NCBI GenBank assembly: GCA_005880875.1
Contig: VBJI01000083.1
Coordinates: forward strand, 1 to 48,452
Source of the DNA: Chloroflexota bacterium
GTDB taxonomy: Bacteria; Chloroflexota; Dormibacteria; CF-121
Reading direction: 5' to 3'
Length of the DNA: 48,452 bases
Below are positions 24,301-32,094 of the stretch, in pieces. The notes below the pieces were generated by a model that saw only the letters and a list, made by a program, of their open reading frames with translations, did no database searches and was not told where the DNA came from. Position 1 is the stretch's first letter, and each line of letters starts with the position of its first letter. A program made the translations under genes and the position numbers.

Positions 24301-24347
24301 CACGCGGGAATCCCGCGGCCCTGACCACGCGGGAAATCCCACGACCC
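24301..24347. repeat. Two imperfect ~22-bp direct repeats with palindromic cores
   Basis: CACGCGGGAATCCCGCGGCCC (24301-21) and CACGCGGGAAATCCCACGACCC (24326-47), just upstream of the ychF -10 box. Confidence 0.7.
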
Positions 24348-24355
24348 AGAGTGCG

Positions 24356-24490
24356 TCAGTACTCGAGCGGATCTATCGGATCGATCAGGTCGCCGCGATA
24401 GCTGCGGTTTGGCAGCAGGTACCCGAGGTCATCAGTCGCCTCGTCATACGTGGGGTCGTCCGGATCATCAGGATGCGGCTCGGGGATCAT
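24356..24490 (-). CDS. Acidic 44-aa micro-protein
   Basis: GAGGAG/GGGAG RBS then ATG, 12 nt after the ssb stop. MIPEPHPDDPDDPTYDEATDDLGYLLPNRSYRGDLIDPIDPLEY (13 D/E). Confidence 0.55.
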   Translation of the reverse strand: MIPEPHPDDPDDPTYDEATDDLGYLLPNRSYRGDLIDPIDPLEY

Positions 24491-24502
24491 GCTCCCTGCT
24501 CC

Positions 24503-24892
24503 TCAGGCGCCCACCGGCTCGGCGACCGGCTGGACGGATTCGGTGACGGATTCGGTGACGGATTCGCTCTTCGGGCTCAGCATCTTCATCTGGTCCATCA
24601 CGACCTCGGTGGTGTAGCGGCGCAGGCCGTCTTTGCCGTCCCACTCGTGGCTCCGCAGCCGGCCCTCGGCGTAGATGAGTTTGCCGCGGGTCAGGAATTC
24701 CTGGCAGATGGTGGCCAACCGGTCAAACGCGACCAGCGAGTGGTACTGGACGTCCTCCTGCCGGTTTCCGTCGTCACCCTTCGAGTAGCTGTTGGTTGCC
24801 AGGCGGAGTTTCGCGATGGTGAGGCCCTTTGGGCTGGTCACCATTTCCGGATCGCGGGTCAGTCGGCCGACCAAAATCACACGGTTGACCAT
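24503..24892 (-). CDS. ssb: Single-stranded DNA-binding protein, short form (129 aa) without an acidic PF tail
   Basis: MVNRVILVGRLTRDPE...LATN...IYAEGRL...W...DG..RYTTEVV; ends AEPVGA. Confidence 0.93.
   Translation of the reverse strand: MVNRVILVGRLTRDPEMVTSPKGLTIAKLRLATNSYSKGDDGNRQEDVQYHSLVAFDRLATICQEFLTRGKLIYAEGRLRSHEWDGKDGLRRYTTEVVMDQMKMLSPKSESVTESVTESVQPVAEPVGA
24533..24566. repeat. 12-bp tandem repeat (~2.8 copies) in the ssb tail
   Basis: GACGGATTCGGT twice plus GACGGATTCG; encodes ESVTESVTESV. Confidence 0.85.
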
Positions 24893-24932
24893 CTCGTTCT
24901 CCCTTCCAATTTGATCCTGGAGTGAGCAGCGA

Positions 24933-25508
24933 TTAGTGGTGTTGGCTGGTAGGGACCACCTCCCTTGCATCGAGCAGCGGGAGTGGATCGACCGGCACGC
25001 CTGCGATGCGCACCTCGAAATGGAGGTGCGGTCCGGTACTGTTGCCGGTCGATCCCATGAGGGCGATCGCCTGTCCCGCGGCAACGACGTCGCCCGACTG
25101 CACGAGCGGCCAGTCGAGGTGCCCGTACAGCGTGCTGAGCTGGGGATCGCGCATGACCAGCAGGTACAGACCGTAGCCGCCACGCTCTCGGTGAAGACTG
25201 ACGACGCCGCCCGTCGCTGCGTAGACGGGCGTGCGGAGTGGCGCGGCCAGGTCGATGCCGCAGTGGAAATGGTGACTGGGGCATGCCGAGGACCACGGCT
25301 CGATCTCCAGCGAGGTGCAGCCGAAGGCCTGGGTCAAGGTGGCACCCCGCACCGGGGTGGTCAGCGAGCCGGGTCGCGACTGCTGCGCCTGCACCACCAT
25401 CCCGGCGAGCAGGAGGGGCACCGCCGCGAAGGCGGCACCGATCGCGAGCAACGGGCGTCGCCACGACCAGGCGAGCAGCGCGAGTCGACCTCCGGTGAAT
25501 AGCGTCAT
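24933..25508 (-). CDS. M23-family metallo-endopeptidase with N-terminal TM/signal
   Basis: HCGID (HxxxD), GGYG, TLYGHL, GSTGNSTGPHLHFE. Confidence 0.93.
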   Translation of the reverse strand: MTLFTGGRLALLAWSWRRPLLAIGAAFAAVPLLLAGMVVQAQQSRPGSLTTPVRGATLTQAFGCTSLEIEPWSSACPSHHFHCGIDLAAPLRTPVYAATGGVVSLHRERGGYGLYLLVMRDPQLSTLYGHLDWPLVQSGDVVAAGQAIALMGSTGNSTGPHLHFEVRIAGVPVDPLPLLDAREVVPTSQHH

Positions 25509-26380
25509 GCGTGCGACGCTCGGGTGGTGCCCATCGCGCTCTTGATTCCCTTCTTGACCATGCTCTCGGCGAAGTGCTCGGTCTTGCCCTCAAGGTGGGC
25601 GGAGGCGTTCATCAGGCCCGGGACTTTGATCAGGAGATAGAGCACGGCCACGCCGTAAAGCGCCTCAACCGGTCGCCCGCCAACCTGGTCGGCGAACAGA
25701 CTGGCGAAGCGCAACACCAGCACCTGGCCGAACTGCATGAAAACGGTCAGCAGAAAGAGACGCAGCCAGGACTGCGCATAGCGTTTGGTTTCCGGAAGGA
25801 TCATGCAGATGGCGGCCAGTGGGACGACCCCCAGCAGCACCGCGAGCAGGGCGAAACGCACGACGTAGGTCAGGGCAACGATCACGAGCATCACGGCGAT
25901 CGCGAGACGGATGACGATCTGAAAGAGCGGCTGGCCGAACGCACTGTTCATGGCGAACGTCCAGGGGAAGCGCGGCGAGCCACCCGGGAACGGCTGGGTC
26001 CACACGGTGTGGACCATGGCGTTGTTGAGGTCGATCGCCATCTGGCCGAACATCAGGCCGAAGTGCGCCATCACGATGGCTGCCATGGCCCGGGGCAGCA
26101 TGACTTTCAACGTGTAGTGCGGTCGAAACGAGGTGTGCTCCCACTGGCTCCGAAAGAATGCCCAGGTGAACACCAGGACCAGCAACAGGTCCGCCATGGC
26201 CAGCGTGAGATGAAACATCGCTTGCAGGGCGGGCTCCTCGGTCAACGGCCGGGGCGTCAGCGTCGACAGGTCGTGCGTACTCAGCAGATAGGTCTCGACC
26301 GTTCCCGCCACCGAGTCGCGGACGTCGTTGATCAGGTTGTTGAAGAACCCGGTGACCAGGCCGGAGAAGATCTCTAACAC
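25505..26380 (-). CDS. VirB6/TrbL-like polytopic membrane protein
   Basis: About 6 TM helices; LPR...IDLNN; YVVRFALLAVLLGVVPLAAICMILPETK.YA.SW...F....F.QF.Q; LLIKVP. This pattern resembles Gram-positive-type TrbL; it follows a pilin-like gene. Confidence 0.72.
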   Translation of the reverse strand: MLEIFSGLVTGFFNNLINDVRDSVAGTVETYLLSTHDLSTLTPRPLTEEPALQAMFHLTLAMADLLLVLVFTWAFFRSQWEHTSFRPHYTLKVMLPRAMAAIVMAHFGLMFGQMAIDLNNAMVHTVWTQPFPGGSPRFPWTFAMNSAFGQPLFQIVIRLAIAVMLVIVALTYVVRFALLAVLLGVVPLAAICMILPETKRYAQSWLRLFLLTVFMQFGQVLVLRFASLFADQVGGRPVEALYGVAVLYLLIKVPGLMNASAHLEGKTEHFAESMVKKGIKSAMGTTRASHA

Positions 26381-26422
26381 GATGGCGACCGGCTGAGCGA
26401 GATTGCAACAGGACGGCGGTCC

Positions 26423-26653
26423 TTAATGATTAACCGAGTCAACGAGCACGCGGACCAGGAGGCCAGCCATCTCGACACCAATGGTGCCGAAGACGATGCG
26501 ACCGATCCAGCGTTTGGCCTCCATCACACTCCGGGGCTCGATCGCCACCATCTTCCAGATGAAAGCGCAGACGAAGGCGAGCGCCCCGATGCTTCCGGTC
26601 AACCCCTGCGCATAGCTGGTCCACAGCTCGATCAGATGTTTGAGTTGGTCCAT
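26423..26653 (-). CDS. T4SS pilin (TrbC/VirB2-like), 76 aa
   Basis: Two hydrophobic helices joined by EPRSVMEAKRWI..IVFG, like the 'v..AK..i..a.iG' loop of T4SS pilins; TGATG overlap with the upstream gene. Confidence 0.62.
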   Translation of the reverse strand: MDQLKHLIELWTSYAQGLTGSIGALAFVCAFIWKMVAIEPRSVMEAKRWIGRIVFGTIGVEMAGLLVRVLVDSVNH

Positions 26654-27015
26654 CAGCGCTTTTTTTCCAGCTGCTCGGTGACGCGAGCTTCGACGAACCG
26701 CTCGATGGCGCCGGTCAGCCGCTGCAGAATGTCCCACTGATCGATCAGCAGGTTGCGATCCTGCTGACCGAATTTCTGGAAGAGCTCAGGGCCGAGCGCT
26801 GGACGGGCCGTGGGGGCCGCCGGCGCGGGCCGCGCGGGGAGCAGCGGGGTCACGACGGTCGGAATCACCGCGGGGCGACCGATGGGCAGCGTGAGCGGCG
26901 GCGGCCGAAAGGCGACCCGATGCGGTTGCATGGCGAGATGCAGGCCGACCCCCGTAAAGGCGGCCAGCAGCGTGACCTCGCCACCGATCAGGGCGAGCTT
27001 CCAGGGTGGGCGCAT
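26653..27015 (-). CDS. Hypothetical membrane-anchored protein (120 aa; TM, Pro-rich linker, helical end)
   Basis: GAGGAG RBS before ATG 27015; first gene of the pilin operon. Confidence 0.7.
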   Translation of the reverse strand: MRPPWKLALIGGEVTLLAAFTGVGLHLAMQPHRVAFRPPPLTLPIGRPAVIPTVVTPLLPARPAPAAPTARPALGPELFQKFGQQDRNLLIDQWDILQRLTGAIERFVEARVTEQLEKKR

Positions 27016-27055
27016 AGAGGACTCCTCGAACGGCTTGGCGGGCGGCAACGCTTGC

Positions 27056-27085
27056 CATCCTTACACAGATCTGTATATTTGTCAA
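27056..27085 (-). promoter_or_regulatory. Promoter of the pilin operon with a palindromic operator in the spacer
   Basis: TTGACA at 27085-27080; perfect palindrome ACAGATCTGT at 27065-27074 (imperfect 16-mer 27062-27077); weak -10 region (TAAGGAT); AT-rich patch. Confidence 0.55.
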
Positions 27086-27094
27086 GACGAACAA

Positions 27095-28012
27095 CTAGTG
27101 AGCCAGCGCGGCCTCCAGGGCTTGGCGGAGCCCGCCCAGGCGAAATTGGAAGGCTAGGGCCTCGGCAGCCGCCGGCCGGGCATGCCGGCCATCCAGCAGC
27201 AGGTGCGCCTGCTGACCGAGAGCCAGGCGCAGCACCGGCGCCGGGGCGGGAATCATCGACGGACGATGCAACACCTGTCCGATTTCCCGGGCGAGCTCGC
27301 GCTCGGGGCGGACGTCGGGTGCGACGGCGTTGACCGGTCCGTTCAGCCGACCATCGTCCAGCGCGAGCCGATAGAGCCCGACCAAATCGTCGATGTGGAT
27401 CCAGGTGAACCACTGACGCCCATCGCCCAGCGGGCCACCGGCGAACAGCCGGAACGGCAGGATCAACAGTTGGAATGCCGGCGCCCCAGGTCCGAAGACC
27501 ATCGCCGTCCGCATACGGACCACCCGCATCCCAAGCGGCTCCGCCTTCGAGGCGGCGGTTTCCCACTGCTCGCAGACGCGGGCCAGGAATGAATCACCCG
27601 CAGAGCTCTCCTCGGTCATCACCTCGTCGCCGCGGTCTCCGTAGTAATCGATTCCTGACGCACTGACGAGCACCTTGGGACGGCGATCCGGCGGAGTGCG
27701 CTCGACACCCTGCACGATCGCCATGGTTGCGGCGAGCCGGCTGGACAGGATCTCCGCCATGTAGCGGCGGGTCCAGCGAAGGCCGCCAATGCTCGTGCCG
27801 GCCAGATTGACGATGCCTTGGGCACCGTTGAGCTCGCTGACCCACCCACCGTCCGCACTACGCGCGTCCCAGCTGACCATCCGCGGGCCCGCAGCGCCAT
27901 CCACGTGCGCCGAGCGGCGGGTCAGGATGACGACCTCGTGGCCATCCCGCACGAGGGCTGCGGAAAGATGGCGCCCAATGTAGCCCGATCCCCCGGCGAT
28001 CAGGACTTTCAT
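27095..28012 (-). CDS. TIGR01777-family NAD-dependent epimerase/oxidoreductase
   Basis: GGSGYIG, VNLAG, FLARVCEQWE, GGPLGDGRQWFTWIHIDD, GPVNAVAP. Confidence 0.93.
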   Translation of the reverse strand: MKVLIAGGSGYIGRHLSAALVRDGHEVVILTRRSAHVDGAAGPRMVSWDARSADGGWVSELNGAQGIVNLAGTSIGGLRWTRRYMAEILSSRLAATMAIVQGVERTPPDRRPKVLVSASGIDYYGDRGDEVMTEESSAGDSFLARVCEQWETAASKAEPLGMRVVRMRTAMVFGPGAPAFQLLILPFRLFAGGPLGDGRQWFTWIHIDDLVGLYRLALDDGRLNGPVNAVAPDVRPERELAREIGQVLHRPSMIPAPAPVLRLALGQQAHLLLDGRHARPAAAEALAFQFRLGGLRQALEAALAH

Positions 28013-28079
28013 CCCTATTACTATGCTCCGCTCCTCGAGGCGGCAGGGCGATCAGTCGCCGACCTGATGTTCGAGCGGC

Positions 28080-29738
28080 TTAGGGCTTGAAGCTGCGGGT
28101 GCGGCGTTCGGCTCGTGCCTGTTGAAGGCTCTGCAGCGCCTGCGCCAGCATCGCGGCACGATCGTCCTTTCCCCGCTCGCTGGCCGCCACGCCGGTGTCG
28201 ACCGCCAGCCGGACGATCTCGCCGTTCGGGGACGCCGCGTATGGATGTTCTTCCAGCGCCGGTCGCAACCGGTCCGCCTGACGCACGGCGACCGCCCGAT
28301 CCCCTTCCGGGATCACCAGGCAGAACTGGCCGTCGCGGATGCGAGCCAGGGTGTTGACCCGCCGCGTCTTGGCACGGACCACAGCGACAAACTCGCGAAG
28401 AATCCGACCGAGGCCGCCCTCGCCGTACTTGCCGCGCAAGACCTCATAGGCCTCGATCTCGAACAGCACAATGGCGAGGTCATGGCTGTAGCGCGAGGCG
28501 CGGCTGATTTCGGTGTCGACAAGGTCATCGAGGTAGCGGTTGCTATGCGCGCCCGACTGGGTATCGAGGAGGGCCAACTGCTCGGCCTGGATCAGCTTGC
28601 GACCCATGACCAGGGCATACAGGCCTTCGGCGACGAAGCTCTCCAGGCCCGCCAGGCTCTCCTCGAGATCCTCGCGCGGACGATCGAATCCGACCACGAT
28701 CGCACCGAACGTCGAGCCGCCCTTTTGCTCCGGAATGGGCACGCCCGCAATGCTGCCTTCCCTGACCGCGTCGTCGGTTAGATAGCGGGACCACGCGCTT
28801 TTCGAGACATCGGGAACGGTGACCGTGCGATCGGCGTGCTTGACCCACTCGGCGATCCCCTCGACCAGGCGGCGCTTGGCCTCGACCAATGCGTCGGGTG
28901 AGGGCTGGTCGTATGCCGAGGCAAGATCGGAACCGTTGTCGTCCATCATCAGAACCAGCCCATAGTCGGCGCGGGTCAGGTAGAGGGCGGCATCGACAAC
29001 GTGCTGCGACAGCATCTGCGAGTTGGATTCCGCGATCTCGGACTGCAGCCGGCGCAGGGCATGACTGACGCGCTCCTTCGCCTGCAGCTCGGCGAGCAGA
29101 TTCAGCCCGACCGACACCAGCTCGCCGGCGCCCAGCAAGTTCTCAGGGTCGTGGTCTGACACGGCGTCCGCGGCCTGGATCAGGTCGTCGGGGAAGATCT
29201 TCAGTCGGAAGGCGAGCTCGGCAAACTCTTCCACCGAGTTGGGCGCGAATTTCACCGCCGGACCGAGGACCGCACCGATCTGGACTTCCTTCTCGTTGCG
29301 CACCGGAGCGATGAAGTGTCCCACCCCGGATTTGCAGACGGCCATCCCTTCCTCGTTGCGCTTCAAGAAGTCCGGGTCGTTGTAGAGGGGGCAGGCCTTA
29401 CGCTCCTGCAGGAGGCGGCAGTAACGCGGATAGTCCTCCACGGGGGTAAGCGGGTGCGCCTCGAGGTCGAAGACCTGCAGCTTGAGCCCGGTCGAGGCCT
29501 GGAAGCGGTCCACCATCCGGGCGAACTCCGGACTGCTGACCAGGGTGCCGAGCTCCCCTTCCTGCGGTTCTACCTCCATGATGCTGTCCGGCCTTTGAAG
29601 GGATGGGTCGACCTTCAAGGCAACAACGCTGTAACGGCGGAAAACCTGTCGCGCCTCCCCGGCCCCGGCCCGAATACGGGCTGAATACGCAGGCAAGCTC
29701 CCGTTCGAGCGCCATTCTAGACGAGAATTTGCGGGCAC
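28080..29738 (-). CDS. PocR-GAF-GGDEF signalling protein with degenerate GGDEF (start uncertain; possibly 29618 or 29579)
   Basis: PocR-like Cys pattern (YCRLL, C, CKSG....APV); GAF-like middle; LDTQSGAHSNRY...RASRY...LARIRDGQFCLVIP. Confidence 0.75.
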   Translation of the reverse strand: MPANSRLEWRSNGSLPAYSARIRAGAGEARQVFRRYSVVALKVDPSLQRPDSIMEVEPQEGELGTLVSSPEFARMVDRFQASTGLKLQVFDLEAHPLTPVEDYPRYCRLLQERKACPLYNDPDFLKRNEEGMAVCKSGVGHFIAPVRNEKEVQIGAVLGPAVKFAPNSVEEFAELAFRLKIFPDDLIQAADAVSDHDPENLLGAGELVSVGLNLLAELQAKERVSHALRRLQSEIAESNSQMLSQHVVDAALYLTRADYGLVLMMDDNGSDLASAYDQPSPDALVEAKRRLVEGIAEWVKHADRTVTVPDVSKSAWSRYLTDDAVREGSIAGVPIPEQKGGSTFGAIVVGFDRPREDLEESLAGLESFVAEGLYALVMGRKLIQAEQLALLDTQSGAHSNRYLDDLVDTEISRASRYSHDLAIVLFEIEAYEVLRGKYGEGGLGRILREFVAVVRAKTRRVNTLARIRDGQFCLVIPEGDRAVAVRQADRLRPALEEHPYAASPNGEIVRLAVDTGVAASERGKDDRAAMLAQALQSLQQARAERRTRSFKP

Positions 29739-29750
29739 GCCGCTACACTA

Positions 29751-30407
29751 GGGCCCGGCAAGACCACCACGATCAAGATGCTGGTCGGGTTGCTTCGGCC
29801 GACCTCCGGTGCCGCCCGGGTCGCCGGCATCGACATCATGGCGGAGCCCGAGAAAGCCAAGGCGCGGATCGGCTATGTACCTGACGCCGCCATGCTCTAC
29901 GACAAACTGAGCGCGCGGGAGTTCCTCGAGTTTTCCGGCGACCTCTACCACGTCGAGCCGCGCCTCCGGGATCGCCGTATCGGGACCTTACTGAAGCTGT
30001 TCGGCCTCGAGCCACGAGGCAACGACTTCCTGTCCGGCTATTCACGCGGAATGCGGCAGAAGGTGTCGCTGGCCGCCGCCCTGTTGCACGACCCGCAGGT
30101 GCTCTTCCTCGACGAACCCACCGTCGGCCTCGATCCACAGAGTGCCCGCCAGATGAAAGACATCCTCCAGGACTTCTGCCAAGAGGGAAAGACCGTGTTC
30201 TTCTCCACCCATATCCTGGAAATCGCGGAGCGGATGTGCACCCGACTCGCGATCATCAATCACGGCCGGCTAGTTGCGATGGGAAGCCTGCAGGAGCTGC
30301 GCCACATGGTGGGCCAGGATGGGCAATCGCTGGAGCAGATCTTCCTCGAGCTGACCGGGAGCCGGGAGGACGACGTCAGCGCGATCTTGCGCGGCCTCGA
30401 AAGCTGA
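29751..30407 (+). pseudogene. ABC transporter ATP-binding subunit lacking its N-terminus
   Basis: Frame reads GPGKTTTIKML... with YSRGMRQK, LFLDEPTVGLDP and STH intact. In-frame TAG at 29718 and no canonical start before the Walker A remnant. Confidence 0.75.
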
Positions 30408-30411
30408 GCCC

Positions 30412-32094
30412 ATGGCCGGGTTGGTGAGCGGCGTCGAGGTCGGCCTGCTGCTCTGGCGGACACAGCTGCGGATGTTCGTCAATCAGACCGTGCGCAGCGG
30501 CAAGCCCGGCCGAATCGTCGGCAGTGTCATTGGTGGCGCGATCATCCTGGTGGCCTGGGCCTGGGAGGCGCTGATCACTGGCGTGGGGGTCGAAGCGGCT
30601 CACCGATTTCGGGCGCCAGTCGACGCCACCCACCTGCTCAGCCTGGGGTTCCTCGGGTACACCGGGGTGCTGGTGTTCAGCAGCCTCGTCTTCAGTCTCA
30701 ACGCGTTACTCCTGAATCCCGACCTCGACTTACTGCTCGCCGCGCCGCGGCCGGTCGAGAGCATCCTGGCGGGCCGGATGGTGCTCCAGGTGATTCGGCT
30801 GTTCCTGCTGAGCCTGCTGTTCACCGGCCCCGCGCTGCTGGTCCTGGCGTACGCCAGCCATAACCCGCTGATCCCCATCGTATTCAGCGCCCTGTATCTG
30901 CTCTATCCCGTGTTCGTCGTCGTGATCATCTCGCTGATGAGCCTGCTGCTGGTCCGTATCATCCCCTCCGGTCGCGGTCGCGAGATCCTGACGCTATTCG
31001 GGGTGGCCGTCGCCGTTGGGATCAACCTGCTCAACTTCCTGCTCAACCCGGCGCTGCGCGACGCTGGCATCGCTCGCCGGAGCGGGTCGCTTTCGCTGCC
31101 GGATATTCCGGGCGCGAGCGCGCCGTGGTTACCGTCCGGCTGGGCCGGCCGCTCCGCGGCGGCCGCGCTCGGCGGCGACTGGTTGACCGCCATCTCGTGG
31201 GCGCTCGTCCTGCTCGCGCTGTCGGCCGTGATCTTCGCGGTCGGAACCAGGCTCAGCGGCCGGCTCTATCTGGCGGGCTGGATCCAGGCGGTGCCTCCTC
31301 GCCGGCGCAAAGTCGGGTCGTTCCGCGATGGCCGTCTCCGGGGTGCGATCCCGCTGCTCAGCCCGCTGCTGGCATCGATCGTCATCAAGGACTGGCGCAT
31401 GCGAACTCGTGACATGGCCCAGCTCGTGCGATTCGCCATGCCCGTGGTGTTTCTCGTGGTCATCTTCGGCCTGCGTTTTCCCCGCTTGCTCAGCTCGGTC
31501 CAAGGCCTGGGCGAGGGTCCAGCCGCCGCCATGCTCGGCCTGGCACCCGCCTGGGTATTGCTCTTCTCGCTGAGCATCTCGCTTGGACTGAGCGCCGTGA
31601 GCCTCGAGGGAAAGAGCATGTGGGTCTACGCGGCCTCTCCCAACACCACCCGGCGGTTCCTCCAGGGGAAGTGCTGGTCGGCCGCCTTGCCGACGGGATT
31701 GCTGGTCGCGCTGGTTGCGGTGGTCAGCGAGATCCTGATCCGGCCCGGATGGCCCTGGGCGGCGACCGCCGTGCTGCTCGCGATCGCCCAGGCCGGTTCA
31801 GTTACGACGCTGATGGTCGGAATCGGCGCCGTCTTCGCGCGATTCGACTGGACGGATGCCCGCCGGATGATGCATCCCGCCGGGGTCTTTATCGGAATGG
31901 CGCTGTTCGCGGTCGTTACCGGCGCGAGCGCCTTGCTCCTGGGGATCTCGCTGGCGCTCGCCGGGATTACACATTTCCCGGTGATGACCACCTGGCTGGC
32001 GGCGATGACGGTATCAGTCGGGGGCGGAGTCGCGGTAGCCGCTCTCAGCTTGCTGATCGGCAACGACCACCTGCGCGGGCTAGAGCTCGGCTGA
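30412..32094 (+). CDS. ABC exporter permease subunit
   Basis: Many TM helices; DLDLLLAAP, LPSGW, IKDWR..RD, SLEGK..W; follows the ATPase gene. Confidence 0.85.
   Translation: MAGLVSGVEVGLLLWRTQLRMFVNQTVRSGKPGRIVGSVIGGAIILVAWAWEALITGVGVEAAHRFRAPVDATHLLSLGFLGYTGVLVFSSLVFSLNALLLNPDLDLLLAAPRPVESILAGRMVLQVIRLFLLSLLFTGPALLVLAYASHNPLIPIVFSALYLLYPVFVVVIISLMSLLLVRIIPSGRGREILTLFGVAVAVGINLLNFLLNPALRDAGIARRSGSLSLPDIPGASAPWLPSGWAGRSAAAALGGDWLTAISWALVLLALSAVIFAVGTRLSGRLYLAGWIQAVPPRRRKVGSFRDGRLRGAIPLLSPLLASIVIKDWRMRTRDMAQLVRFAMPVVFLVVIFGLRFPRLLSSVQGLGEGPAAAMLGLAPAWVLLFSLSISLGLSAVSLEGKSMWVYAASPNTTRRFLQGKCWSAALPTGLLVALVAVVSEILIRPGWPWAATAVLLAIAQAGSVTTLMVGIGAVFARFDWTDARRMMHPAGVFIGMALFAVVTGASALLLGISLALAGITHFPVMTTWLAAMTVSVGGGVAVAALSLLIGNDHLRGLELG

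Noticed and set aside
24301-24566. Short repeats as a CRISPR array or att sites
   Set aside because: Only 2-3 copies, no unique spacers, no cas or integrase, and no matching copy seen at the other end of the operon.
28060-28073. CGACCTGATGTTCG, one mismatch from a Gram-positive LexA box
   Set aside because: Single imperfect site upstream of an epimerase, with no similar box found at dinB; likely chance.
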